Shown in pieces: positions 55,561 to 63,610 of a DNA stretch of 64,000 bases. The number at the start of each line of letters is the position of its first letter. Positions within the stretch are counted from its first letter, which is position 1. The stretch lies in IMG/VR virus record IMGVR_UViG_3300046678_000974, positions 1 through 64,000 of that record. One strand, 5' to 3'. The notes beneath the pieces are model-generated. The model was not told the DNA's origin. It saw nothing but the letters and a program-made list of their open reading frames with translations, and searched no databases. The translations under genes were made by a program, and so were the position numbers. The stretch comes from a virus. Lineage: Duplodnaviria; Caudoviricetes.

Positions 55561-56607
55561 TTACCGAAACTTCCGCATTGTCCTCAACATCGATCGCCAT
55601 ACCCGCTGAGTCTCTTCATTGTAATCCTGCAAGCCATGCCATTGCGCACGAACCCATTCACGACGCAACATCTCAGCACGCATCAAACGATATACCATGT
55701 CATTGCTCACTGTCGGATCAGCAATTGCATATTCACCCAGCCATGGTATCTCTTTCGAACCAATCAACGGCACCCCAGCACTCACCGCATCCGCCCCAAC
55801 AATACAAAACGTCTCGGAGAACGATACGCACATACAAAAATCCATCTCTTGCATCAAATCAACAAACTCATCATGCTCCAACCATGGATGCTCTACCAAT
55901 TGAGAGCTATAGGTATGCGAAAATAATGCCCGCAAATTGCGCAATACCGGTGAACCAACTTGCTCAATGCGACTGGCATTGATATGGAACCGTAAACGTC
56001 GCCGTGTCTGTTGACAAAACTGAATCGCCGCTACTGCCTGTTGTAATTGATTCTTCAACGGTCTAATGGCCCCGAAACAGCCTATGTCAAATACATTGTC
56101 ACCACCATGATGATCACCCAGTGGCGGTACTATATCCAGCGGATAATAATTCGGCGCATATGCATTCAGATCATAGAACTCTTGGCGACCATATGACCAT
56201 GCAATCGTTTGAAAATCATTCATCGCTACAGGGTCATTCGACATCACCATAACACCACGTGACCAATATCCATATAGCCATTCTGTGGCAATTCCCTCAT
56301 TCGCAATAAACGGTACATCAGAATGATTGCGCACCGCCCATTTAACATTAGGCCATTTCGGAATGAGAACGTCCAGTTTGCTCGGAACGACCCAGAATGC
56401 CTCTAACACGACTAAGTCTGGTCGGAATAGAGCAATTGCTGCGTCTATTTTGTTGTTGTCCTCTAATTGAACCATCTGGGCGACATAGCCCATGTCGGTC
56501 AACATATCGACAATAAAACTTACTGAGTTTTTTAAGCCACTAGAGAGATCGGAACCCGTACCACCCCAGTAACCTTCCCTCCGCTTGAGGCAAAATAATA
56601 TGCGCAT
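55561..56607 (-). CDS. glycosyltransferase, GT-B fold (GT4-like)
   Basis: GCFGAIRPLKNQ, VSFSETFCIVGADAVSAGVPLIGS (E-X7-E/D-like). TAAATA lies 4 nt before the ATG. Confidence 0.85.
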   Translation of the reverse strand: MRILFCLKRREGYWGGTGSDLSSGLKNSVSFIVDMLTDMGYVAQMVQLEDNNKIDAAIALFRPDLVVLEAFWVVPSKLDVLIPKWPNVKWAVRNHSDVPFIANEGIATEWLYGYWSRGVMVMSNDPVAMNDFQTIAWSYGRQEFYDLNAYAPNYYPLDIVPPLGDHHGGDNVFDIGCFGAIRPLKNQLQQAVAAIQFCQQTRRRLRFHINASRIEQVGSPVLRNLRALFSHTYSSQLVEHPWLEHDEFVDLMQEMDFCMCVSFSETFCIVGADAVSAGVPLIGSKEIPWLGEYAIADPTVSNDMVYRLMRAEMLRREWVRAQWHGLQDYNEETQRVWRSMLRTMRKFR

Positions 56608-56647
56608 ATGTTATTTATGGTCTCAATCTATCAATCTAAATAACGGT

Positions 56648-56890
56648 ATGAGCCATTCTTTCCAACATCTCCCCCTCCCCGTGCAACAGATTATCAAACA
56701 ACAATTCGAACAAGATATGCGTAAACACTTTGATCTGCTCCAAGTTGAACAATTGGATTATTTTCTTCAGCAACTGCATATCCAAACAGAATTGCAAGAC
56801 TTTTGTGAAAAGTTGTGGCAAGAACAACTCAATCATTATCGCGAGGATGTATGGGAAAGTTGGCTAGAGGAAAAAGACCTCGCCCCATGA
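56648..56890 (+). CDS. Gln/Glu-rich hypothetical protein
   Basis: TAAATA (56637-56642) 5 nt before the ATG; ATGA coupling to the methyltransferase. Confidence 0.6.
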   Translation: MSHSFQHLPLPVQQIIKQQFEQDMRKHFDLLQVEQLDYFLQQLHIQTELQDFCEKLWQEQLNHYREDVWESWLEEKDLAP

Positions 56891-57420
56891 GCTATCACGT
56901 CCTTGCTGCCGATCCCCCGTGGGCCTTTCGACCTACCTATAATTCACACGGCATACGGTCTGTCCTCAATCATTATAACATCATGACCCTCGATGACATT
57001 AAGGCATTGCCGGTTCAAACACTCGCCGCCAGAGACTGTGTGCTGTTCCTATGGGCGATCGACACGCATATCCCAGAGGCGCTGGAAGTGATCACCGCAT
57101 GGGGCTTTCGCTACAAAAGCGTCGCCTTCACATGGGTCAAAACTACATCCACAGGTAAATATGCCATCGGCTGTGGTTGGTGGACACGGGCTAATACCGA
57201 GACCTGTCTGCTCGCCACACGCGGTAAGCCTAGACCCCAAGCTAAGGACGTCAGACGCCTCGTGGTCAGCCCCAGACGCGAGCATAGCCGCAAACCAGAT
57301 GAGATATATGATACACACATCCCACGCCTATGTACCGGCCCATACATCGAATTATTCGCCCGTACAACACGGATCGGTTGGGATCGTGCATTTTCTAATG
57401 AAGAAAATAAGTTTGATTGA
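56887..57420 (+). CDS. MT-A70 family nucleic-acid methyltransferase
   Basis: ADPPW, LFLW, AWGFRY, FTWVK, TRANTE.CLLATRG, HSRKP, IELFAR. Confidence 0.92.
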   Translation: MSYHVLAADPPWAFRPTYNSHGIRSVLNHYNIMTLDDIKALPVQTLAARDCVLFLWAIDTHIPEALEVITAWGFRYKSVAFTWVKTTSTGKYAIGCGWWTRANTETCLLATRGKPRPQAKDVRRLVVSPRREHSRKPDEIYDTHIPRLCTGPYIELFARTTRIGWDRAFSNEENKFD

Positions 57421-57540
57421 TTTGAATAATCGCGTTCAGTAATCAAACTGAACTCTTCCAAGGAGAGCACCAATGGATAATTGTCCGATTTGTGGGCAAC
57501 CACATCCAAAATGAAGAGAGGCCCGTAAGGGCCTCTCTCT

Positions 57541-57873
57541 TCATTCACCCTTCGCTTCACGTACGCGCCGTTCCATCGATTCCTGATCTTCACGATACAT
57601 CGATTCCGGATAATCTGCCTCACACTCATACAGATTAACCATCACATCACGAGTAATAATCGTCTCAGACATATCACCCTTTAACATAGTTCCCGTCAGA
57701 TCATACCGAATGCCATTTACCCAAAAACCTCCCTTCGGATAGGCATTCCATGCATCCGCCGCCTCTTGAACTTGAACTAAGAAATCATCCGCCGAGAGTT
57801 CAGTCTCAGACTCGATCACCCGCTCATATTCAATAGTCTCAGTCGTCGTCACGATTACACAATGCGTTGCCAT
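57541..57873 (-). CDS. hypothetical acidic protein
   Basis: AAAGGG RBS; packed after the HTH gene. Confidence 0.6.
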   Translation of the reverse strand: MATHCVIVTTTETIEYERVIESETELSADDFLVQVQEAADAWNAYPKGGFWVNGIRYDLTGTMLKGDMSETIITRDVMVNLYECEADYPESMYREDQESMERRVREAKGE

Positions 57874-57874
57874 G

Positions 57875-58099
57875 TCACTTGCCCTTTCTCGCAGCCAGTT
57901 GTGTCAGTACCAACGGTATCATCGGTGGGATCGCATGATCCTCACTCACCCATCGACGCAGCGTTCGCTCGTTAATGCCTAGAGCAGCCGCCAACGAACG
58001 CTGCGTATAACCATACCGATCAATCCAGCCTTGCAATTCATCACCCGTCATACGATCAGGATCAGACCGAATAATTCCCTTGTCTTGTGTTTTTCCCAT
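57875..58099 (-). CDS. Cro/CI-like HTH regulator
   Basis: YTQRSLAAALGINERTLRRWVS...IP. Confidence 0.85.
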   Translation of the reverse strand: MGKTQDKGIIRSDPDRMTGDELQGWIDRYGYTQRSLAAALGINERTLRRWVSEDHAIPPMIPLVLTQLAARKGK

Positions 58100-58105
58100 A
58101 ATCAG

Positions 58106-58134
58106 AATGTATGACAGTTTACCCTAGATAGCAA
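58106..58134 (-). promoter_or_regulatory. sigma70-like promoter giving a leaderless HTH mRNA
   Basis: TTGCTA-17 nt-TACATT, then 6 nt to the ATG. Confidence 0.55.
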
Positions 58135-58135
58135 A

Positions 58136-59182
58136 TCACGTATTCGTGCGGGGGGGTTTTTGTGCATCAGGGAAGGGATCAATCGCTCCGTTCATAACCT
58201 CATACCAAGGCAACGATAATGGCTGATGTGCATTAGCCATCTCCCGCGTGCGGGCTGGATTATTGACCATGGTGGCCCTACGCGGGAACCTTGTGCCAAA
58301 GCGGTTAGTGACGATGGAGCCGCGCCGATGATGTGGTTCTACGGTGCGTCCGGTCGGTTCGCTCGGCAAGCCAGATATCCAATGCGTACGAGGGATCAGA
58401 TTGATGATACGCACGACAGGTTGTACCTTCGGTAGTCCGAGCCTTTCGCGCCGGGCGTTAATCCGCAGCGCCTCATGCGTCCCTTCCACCACCACCATGT
58501 CGCCCTTCTCTGCTCCCATGAGCTTCTGGATGGTGTGTAGCAGCACCAGCACGCGAAGCCAGACCTCATGCTCATGCTCTCTAAGCAGCGACCGTCGCCG
58601 CTCGACATCGCCAACGTGGCGAAACTGGGCATAGGCGTCATAGGTGGTCGAGTCGTCATCCAACTCGCTAAGCGGGGCGCCGACCGTACCTTGTCCGTGT
58701 AGCAGAGGCACGGACACAACGGTCTCCAACAACCAGACTTGGTCTTGCCGCACCCAGCGGAACGGGATGAGATTGAGTCCGTCGCCGTCGCCGTTTGGCG
58801 TGCGTATCATGCCGACCCACCAGATGATCGGCGTACCGCCTTTGTTATCCTGTAGGTAGAGAGCTTCATCATAGGGTACGGACAGGAAGCCTTTGCCAAA
58901 CTGCTCACCGAGGAAATGCATCGTCTCAGCGGCCATTTCCAGTAAGGTTATAGACGGTTTGCCATTCTCGGTTTTAAAGTTACTATCGTCCAGCCGGGGT
59001 TCGATTTGAGTTAGATCGAACACTGGCAACATATGATAGTCGGAACCCACATCATTCACTGAGCGGCCCGGTTCAAACCGCACTTTGCCAGTGGTCGATA
59101 CTTTGACGCCAGCAATGCGATGCAAACGCACGGCCTCTATGAACGATGCATGAGCGTCAGTACTATTGAGCAAGGGTCTCAT
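58136..59182 (-). CDS. hypothetical protein with C-terminal P-H-x-R-R-G motif
   Basis: 348 aa; GRTVEPHHRRG resembles the SPRPHxRRGH motif seen in uncharacterised phage proteins. Confidence 0.7.
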   Translation of the reverse strand: MRPLLNSTDAHASFIEAVRLHRIAGVKVSTTGKVRFEPGRSVNDVGSDYHMLPVFDLTQIEPRLDDSNFKTENGKPSITLLEMAAETMHFLGEQFGKGFLSVPYDEALYLQDNKGGTPIIWWVGMIRTPNGDGDGLNLIPFRWVRQDQVWLLETVVSVPLLHGQGTVGAPLSELDDDSTTYDAYAQFRHVGDVERRRSLLREHEHEVWLRVLVLLHTIQKLMGAEKGDMVVVEGTHEALRINARRERLGLPKVQPVVRIINLIPRTHWISGLPSEPTGRTVEPHHRRGSIVTNRFGTRFPRRATMVNNPARTREMANAHQPLSLPWYEVMNGAIDPFPDAQKPPRTNT

Positions 59183-59200
59183 GACATTTTCCTTCCAGCG

Positions 59201-59824
59201 TTATTTCAAAGCGATCGGTGGTGTCTTGTCCTCCATCGGTTCATGCATACTGTCACATTCTGCGTTCCAGCAACATGGCGTTCCAGCCTTCGTCAATGAC
59301 GTATACTTGATATACATCGTGGTCTTGCAATCGTCACATTGGAACTTGAAGGTGCCATTACCGCCCCCACTCCGTGGCCCCTTGTATGGCGTTTTCAAAC
59401 CATGCCGGGGCAATGGTGGTAATGCATTCACCAACGCCGTCAAATGAGCGCGTAGCCCCGCCATGGGCGTCGTATTCCACTTCTCGCGCTTCTCCAAGCC
59501 CAATGCCTTACAGGCTTCAGCAAACGCCTTGCCATGCACCGTCCCCGAGGGCATCAGCGCATGGATGATCTCATGCACTAAGACCCCCGCTACCTCCACC
59601 GGATCGCTCATCTGGCCATCTTCATAGGCCGTCACGAAGATATGGGAAATCTCACCCTTCTCGTTTTGGGTCTTGGCCGTACAAAATCCCAAACGACGCG
59701 TTAGCATCGTAGACATCGTCACCGTCATCTGGCCATGAATCCTATAGCCATGCTCCCGAAACCACGGTCGCAACATTTCAGCCATTCGGTTCAGCCACGC
59801 CTCGCGATTGAGTTTCTCAGCCAT
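59201..59824 (-). CDS. SprT-like metalloprotease with Zn ribbon
   Basis: HEIIH, HGKAF, CDDC...CCWNAEC; AAGGAGG RBS. Confidence 0.85.
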   Translation of the reverse strand: MAEKLNREAWLNRMAEMLRPWFREHGYRIHGQMTVTMSTMLTRRLGFCTAKTQNEKGEISHIFVTAYEDGQMSDPVEVAGVLVHEIIHALMPSGTVHGKAFAEACKALGLEKREKWNTTPMAGLRAHLTALVNALPPLPRHGLKTPYKGPRSGGGNGTFKFQCDDCKTTMYIKYTSLTKAGTPCCWNAECDSMHEPMEDKTPPIALK

Positions 59825-59825
59825 C

Positions 59826-60848
59826 TCATGCCTCCTTCTTTGCAGACCGCCGCGCACGATCCTTCGCATTCTTCGCCGCCTTCTGTTCATCCGTCAAGGG
59901 CTTGCGCTTCCCCTTGGCCTCCGGCGTCACCGGCAAGCCACCCGTCGGTTCTACAGGCGCCACCGGTTCTTCCACAGCCACAGGTTCTTCCACAGGCGCT
60001 TGGGGCATCGTTACCTTCGTCGGCGGTTCAATCACCCACGGATCAGGATTCTTCACCCTCTTGCCGTCTTCCTCGCGAGGATTCATCTCACACCGTCCCT
60101 CCGCCAAAGACTGCCATATCTCCGGTGACTTCAACCGATAATCCGCCACCTGACCGATCAAGGTACGCACACTGACTTCCTTGAGACGATTGTAGTTACA
60201 GGCAAACCACTCCAATACCTCGTTGCTCTCTTTAAGAGACAACGATCGGCCCTTGTAAATCTTGTCCCGCAATAGATGCTTGCCGTCCGTCCCCATCCAA
60301 CATGAAAAGTGAAAGCAATCCAACGGCGTAAATGACAGGAAACTGTGTAACTGAAATCGCGATTTCAACGCGTCAATATGACTTCGCATATTCTTGTCAA
60401 ACGCCAATAGCTTCGGATCGTGAACAGGTTTGTTCGAAATAAACCCAAACCGGCAATTTACATGAAACCGGCCATGGCCACCCTTGCGAAGGTCTACAAA
60501 TAGCCGTTCGCCTTCCGCATTCGCCACAATCTTCAATTTGTTCATTAAAGGTTCCGATGCCCACACATGGTCATTGTCATCCGACAGCAACACATTGCGG
60601 GGATGGCGGTACTTGTACAATTCATCAGCAATTTGCTGATCATTGCAGTTTTGCAGTGGCACAACCCGAGCACCACCTATCGCCAGATTCTCATCTGCGC
60701 CAAACGATTTCCCAATACCGGGCGGTCCCACCACAAGCAGACTGTGATAGGTTCCATTGCCTAACGCTATGTAATATTGGTATAGCGTCATCATTTGACC
60801 GTGTAGCTCGTTGGACTCAATCCGATAGCCGCGTGGTGCACTGCTCAT
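59826..60848 (-). CDS. AAA+/P-loop ATPase
   Basis: Walker A GPPGIGKS, Walker B VLLSDD, FISN sensor. Confidence 0.85.
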   Translation of the reverse strand: MSSAPRGYRIESNELHGQMMTLYQYYIALGNGTYHSLLVVGPPGIGKSFGADENLAIGGARVVPLQNCNDQQIADELYKYRHPRNVLLSDDNDHVWASEPLMNKLKIVANAEGERLFVDLRKGGHGRFHVNCRFGFISNKPVHDPKLLAFDKNMRSHIDALKSRFQLHSFLSFTPLDCFHFSCWMGTDGKHLLRDKIYKGRSLSLKESNEVLEWFACNYNRLKEVSVRTLIGQVADYRLKSPEIWQSLAEGRCEMNPREEDGKRVKNPDPWVIEPPTKVTMPQAPVEEPVAVEEPVAPVEPTGGLPVTPEAKGKRKPLTDEQKAAKNAKDRARRSAKKEA

Positions 60849-61253
60849 GCTATCCACTCTCTTCCAAAGGTTCCAACCCATGCGATGCGCTGGCGTCGGT
60901 CGGTTAGGCTAGGCGTCGTCCGTCAGTCTTGCTCGCGGGAACGAGCGGGTTCAGGCAGTACCGCCTTACGGCACACAGACGCATAGTCAATCAACAATAG
61001 CGTCCATGGCGTCCCTCTATCTGATGTTCTGGCACAATTGTGTCAGAACGTCACACCCATCGGAGGCCGACAGGACGAGAGAGCCGTTAAGGCAATCCCA
61101 ACGTATAATCGGTTACCACAGGGGCAATCCGATCGAGTTTAAGCCCCTACACACTGGGTGAAAGAGCGCGGTGACTTCTGCCTCCGCCTTTTAGACCCCC
61201 AATCGCCTTGGACGATTGAGACAAAAACTCTGCTGGCCAGAGAGCTTGCGGTC

Positions 61254-61282
61254 TTTATAGCCCCTCGCCGGTCAGCCGTCAA
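61254..61282 (-). promoter_or_regulatory. sigma70-like promoter upstream of a ~400-nt leader
   Basis: TTGACG-17 nt-TATAAA. Confidence 0.65.
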
Positions 61283-61309
61283 ATGACATTATTGTGATCA
61301 GATATCCCC

Positions 61310-61338
61310 TTGACAAACCATCCAATTCGTGCTAGCCG
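61310..61338 (+). promoter_or_regulatory. divergent sigma70-like promoter
   Basis: TTGACA-17 nt-TAGCCG; the -10 lacks the last T, which is common in Alphaproteobacteria. Confidence 0.4.
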
Positions 61339-61380
61339 TCATATGAGACAAATCTATTTTTTAAGACACCCCCTAGAAAG

Positions 61381-61405
61381 ATATGGGGACGAAATGTCCC
61401 CATAT
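61381..61405. terminator. hairpin terminator
   Basis: ATATGGGGAC-GAAAT-GTCCCCATAT, perfect 10-bp stem right after the stop of 61408-61647. Confidence 0.75.
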
Positions 61406-61407
61406 CA

Positions 61408-61647
61408 TCAGTTGGGCAGTTCTTCGTTCTTTGTAAGCGCTTTCCGCAAATCGCGAATGAGATTGTTGAACTCGATTAGATATCGTTCCAGTTCAGCGTC
61501 GGATTGGTTGCTAACAATCTCCTCAACCAAAGTAGCCGCCACAATGGTAGCCTCCCTTATACTGAAGTGGTGGGCGACACACTGTTGCGTAATATAATGC
61601 GTAAACGCACGTATCTCATTCATTTTGTCACTCATGCCGTCACTCAT
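61408..61647 (-). CDS. small helical hypothetical protein
   Basis: GGAG RBS; 12-bp tandem repeat at the start gives MSDG-MSDK-M. Confidence 0.6.
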   Translation of the reverse strand: MSDGMSDKMNEIRAFTHYITQQCVAHHFSIREATIVAATLVEEIVSNQSDAELERYLIEFNNLIRDLRKALTKNEELPN

Positions 61648-61659
61648 GCCGTCACTCCC

Positions 61660-61929
61660 TCGGTTCAGGAACAAATACCATTGATCAACTATCGCGATTG
61701 CGGACCACTATCTCGATGTCGTCGTCATCGACACCGTCACTGATCAGTGTCAGGTAAGCGTACTCTGGCTCGTTGTACGTCGTAAGGCGGAAGTCGTATG
61801 CGAGGCTGGCTGTCGTCTCGACTAGGACCTCGCAGTCGTCCGGCAAATTGGAGAGTCCAGTGATCAACTCACGCTTCTTCATGTCATTCTCCTATTGCTA
61901 GACCTTCGGTTCAGGAACAAATACCATTG
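61660..61929. repeat. 24-bp direct repeat flanking ORF 61685-61882
   Basis: TCGGTTCAGGAACAAATACCATTG at 61660-61683 and 61906-61929. Confidence 0.95.
61685..61882 (-). CDS. small acidic hypothetical protein
   Basis: AGGAG RBS; MKKRELITGLSNLPDDCEV pattern is common in small phage proteins. Confidence 0.65.
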   Translation of the reverse strand: MKKRELITGLSNLPDDCEVLVETTASLAYDFRLTTYNEPEYAYLTLISDGVDDDDIEIVVRNRDS

Positions 61930-62080
61930 TCAATACAAGCCATCGATCCTTTGCACGACTCCATACCCCACTGCGATAAAGCCAGCCTCCCGGTACCTCT
62001 AATCGTTCTGTTTGATCTGTTTGATCTGACCTATCCGATTCAGATACAATCGTATACCAATGTTCCATTTCGTATCTCAT
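61898..62080 (-). CDS. small hypothetical protein
   Basis: TERLEVPGGWLYR...MVFVP motif. Confidence 0.7.
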   Translation of the reverse strand: MRYEMEHWYTIVSESDRSDQTDQTERLEVPGGWLYRSGVWSRAKDRWLVLTMVFVPEPKV

Positions 62081-62235
62081 TTCTTTAACTCCTTGTCCTC
62101 ACGCAATACTCGCTCTAACAACGCAAGCAGATCATCGATACCCCCCTTACCATTCTTGAGATAATCAAAATACGCCGCCGGATTCTTCTTTTTGATTATC
62201 CGTAACGTCGCATTCAATCTCACGTGTTTGCCCAT
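62077..62235 (-). CDS. 52-aa hypothetical protein (not in ORF track)
   Basis: GGAG RBS; MGKHVRLNATLRIIKKKNPAAYFDYL...; ATGA coupling to the next gene. Confidence 0.6.
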   Translation of the reverse strand: MGKHVRLNATLRIIKKKNPAAYFDYLKNGKGGIDDLLALLERVLREDKELKK

Positions 62236-62432
62236 TGCCGATACTCCGTATTGTCCGTTACATCCTCCGCATACCAGCCTTGTGTCGCCGTATACTTTCG
62301 TCCCATCGTCGCCCGCAAATATATCATGGCATCCTCCGGCGATTCAGCCCAGCGGTCTAACCCCGCAAGAATCGTCGTACGCTCCCCCACATGCCGTCGA
62401 TAGCAATATAATCGCACTTTGTCGTTCGCCAT
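62220..62432 (-). CDS. small hypothetical protein
   Basis: AGAGGAA RBS; packed gene string. Confidence 0.6.
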   Translation of the reverse strand: MANDKVRLYCYRRHVGERTTILAGLDRWAESPEDAMIYLRATMGRKYTATQGWYAEDVTDNTEYRQWANT

Positions 62433-62869
62433 TATTTCTTCCTCTGATCTACCCCGTGAAGTCGCCCCAATTCATCCGGACTCAATCCCGGATCAAATGA
62501 CATGCCCATGTTTATATCTTGTGAGCGTAATAATAAGTGCACTTGTCTCATCTCTTCCACCGTCATGTACGCCGTCAGCGTCAATTGGTGAACTCCATCC
62601 GGTACCTCAATCACAGACATCGGTACAGGCCCGTCAGTCTTTTCAATCCAATTATCCCCCACAGGCTTGCCGTCAATCGTACACTCCGTTACAATATCGT
62701 CAATGTCAGTATCGCCGCTGGTTTCCTTTCGTCGCGTCCGCCAACTGAACGATCCATTACATAGTTTCTCAATCTGTTCATCGTCGTCCTCCGCCTCGAT
62801 CCGTATCCGTCCCTCCATCGTTTCGTAATGCGTGATCTGGCGAACCAAATATCCTTCATATCGAGCCAT
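62432..62869 (-). CDS. hypothetical protein
   Basis: GGAGG RBS before MARYEG. Confidence 0.6.
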   Translation of the reverse strand: MARYEGYLVRQITHYETMEGRIRIEAEDDDEQIEKLCNGSFSWRTRRKETSGDTDIDDIVTECTIDGKPVGDNWIEKTDGPVPMSVIEVPDGVHQLTLTAYMTVEEMRQVHLLLRSQDINMGMSFDPGLSPDELGRLHGVDQRKK

Positions 62870-62923
62870 GTCATGCCCTCCTACTGCCGTCATACATCAT
62901 TGTATCAATATATCAAGTCACGT

Positions 62924-63169
62924 TCACGTTATCTCACGTACCCAATCATACGGCGCGTTCCAATCGCTGCCAGCAACAGTGTAGTCTTCGTCCTCCGGTA
63001 TCTCTTCGTCGCGAATCATTTCAGCCAAATATTCCTCCGCCGCCGTCCGTGTAGCGAACTCTAATAGACCATACTCCATACCGTCAGGATCAATAATTGT
63101 CCAATATTCCGGCACAATCTCCCAATCTACATTCTCAGTTCCCTCCATCATGTCTAAATTGAATCGCAT
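62924..63169 (-). CDS. small acidic hypothetical protein
   Basis: FATRTAAEEYL motif; acidic composition. Confidence 0.6.
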   Translation of the reverse strand: MRFNLDMMEGTENVDWEIVPEYWTIIDPDGMEYGLLEFATRTAAEEYLAEMIRDEEIPEDEDYTVAGSDWNAPYDWVREIT

Positions 63170-63292
63170 GGCGTTGTCGCGACAATCATCCTTATAGCCC
63201 TTGGGATGATAGAAACCACAGCCGTCACATTCATGTCACCCCCTGATTTACCCCCTATTGGCATGGTTTTTGGGGGCGGATAACTAGGGTGA

Positions 63293-63365
63293 GGCGTCAT
63301 AACTCAGGACAGAGTCCCGTGCCACGTGCGGGGTCGCGTCGGTGCAAGTCCGGCTGGCGCCATCA
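63293..63365 (+). tRNA. tRNA-like cloverleaf with non-canonical anticodon arm (identity unassignable)
   Basis: Acceptor GGCGTCA/TGGCGCC; D arm ACTC/GAGT; T arm GTCGG-TGCAAGT-CCGGC; anticodon stem CCCGT/GCGGG with loop GCCACGT; ends A-TCA. Confidence 0.6.
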
Positions 63366-63381
63366 GATTATAGTCCTCCTA

Positions 63382-63406
63382 TTGGGGCGGCAGTACACCG
63401 CCCCAA
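63382..63406. terminator. GC-rich hairpin between the tRNA-like element and a convergent gene
   Basis: TTGGGGCGG-CAGTACA-CCGCCCCAA. Confidence 0.7.
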
Positions 63407-63415
63407 ATTGATTCG

Positions 63416-63610
63416 TCAGCCGTTAGCCCAGTCAGCCCATATTGGCAATTCTATTTCCGCCTGTCCAGCCTCACGCCAGCCCTCGGTCCAAGACTGCCAC
63501 AATTCAAGTTCATACTCTGTCTCCCACCCAGAATAGGGATTATCCTCAATCCCATATTCGCCCATCACATACGCTTCCCACCCTTCATTGAACGCTACTT
63601 GCGGGTTCAT
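63416..63610 (-). CDS. small acidic hypothetical protein
   Basis: AFNEGWEAY..G...DNPY...W..GW motif (ribosome-modulation-factor-like phage family). Confidence 0.65.
   Translation of the reverse strand: MNPQVAFNEGWEAYVMGEYGIEDNPYSGWETEYELELWQSWTEGWREAGQAEIELPIWADWANG

Noticed and set aside
56636-56836. Minus-strand 66-aa ORF
   Set aside because: The plus-strand ORF 56648-56890 has a TAAATA box at the usual spacing and ATGA coupling to the methyltransferase.
63293-63365. Functional tRNA-Val(CAC) or tRNA-Arg(ACG), or an attP site
   Set aside because: The loop lacks U33/R37 in either register; no integrase or second copy is visible to support attP.
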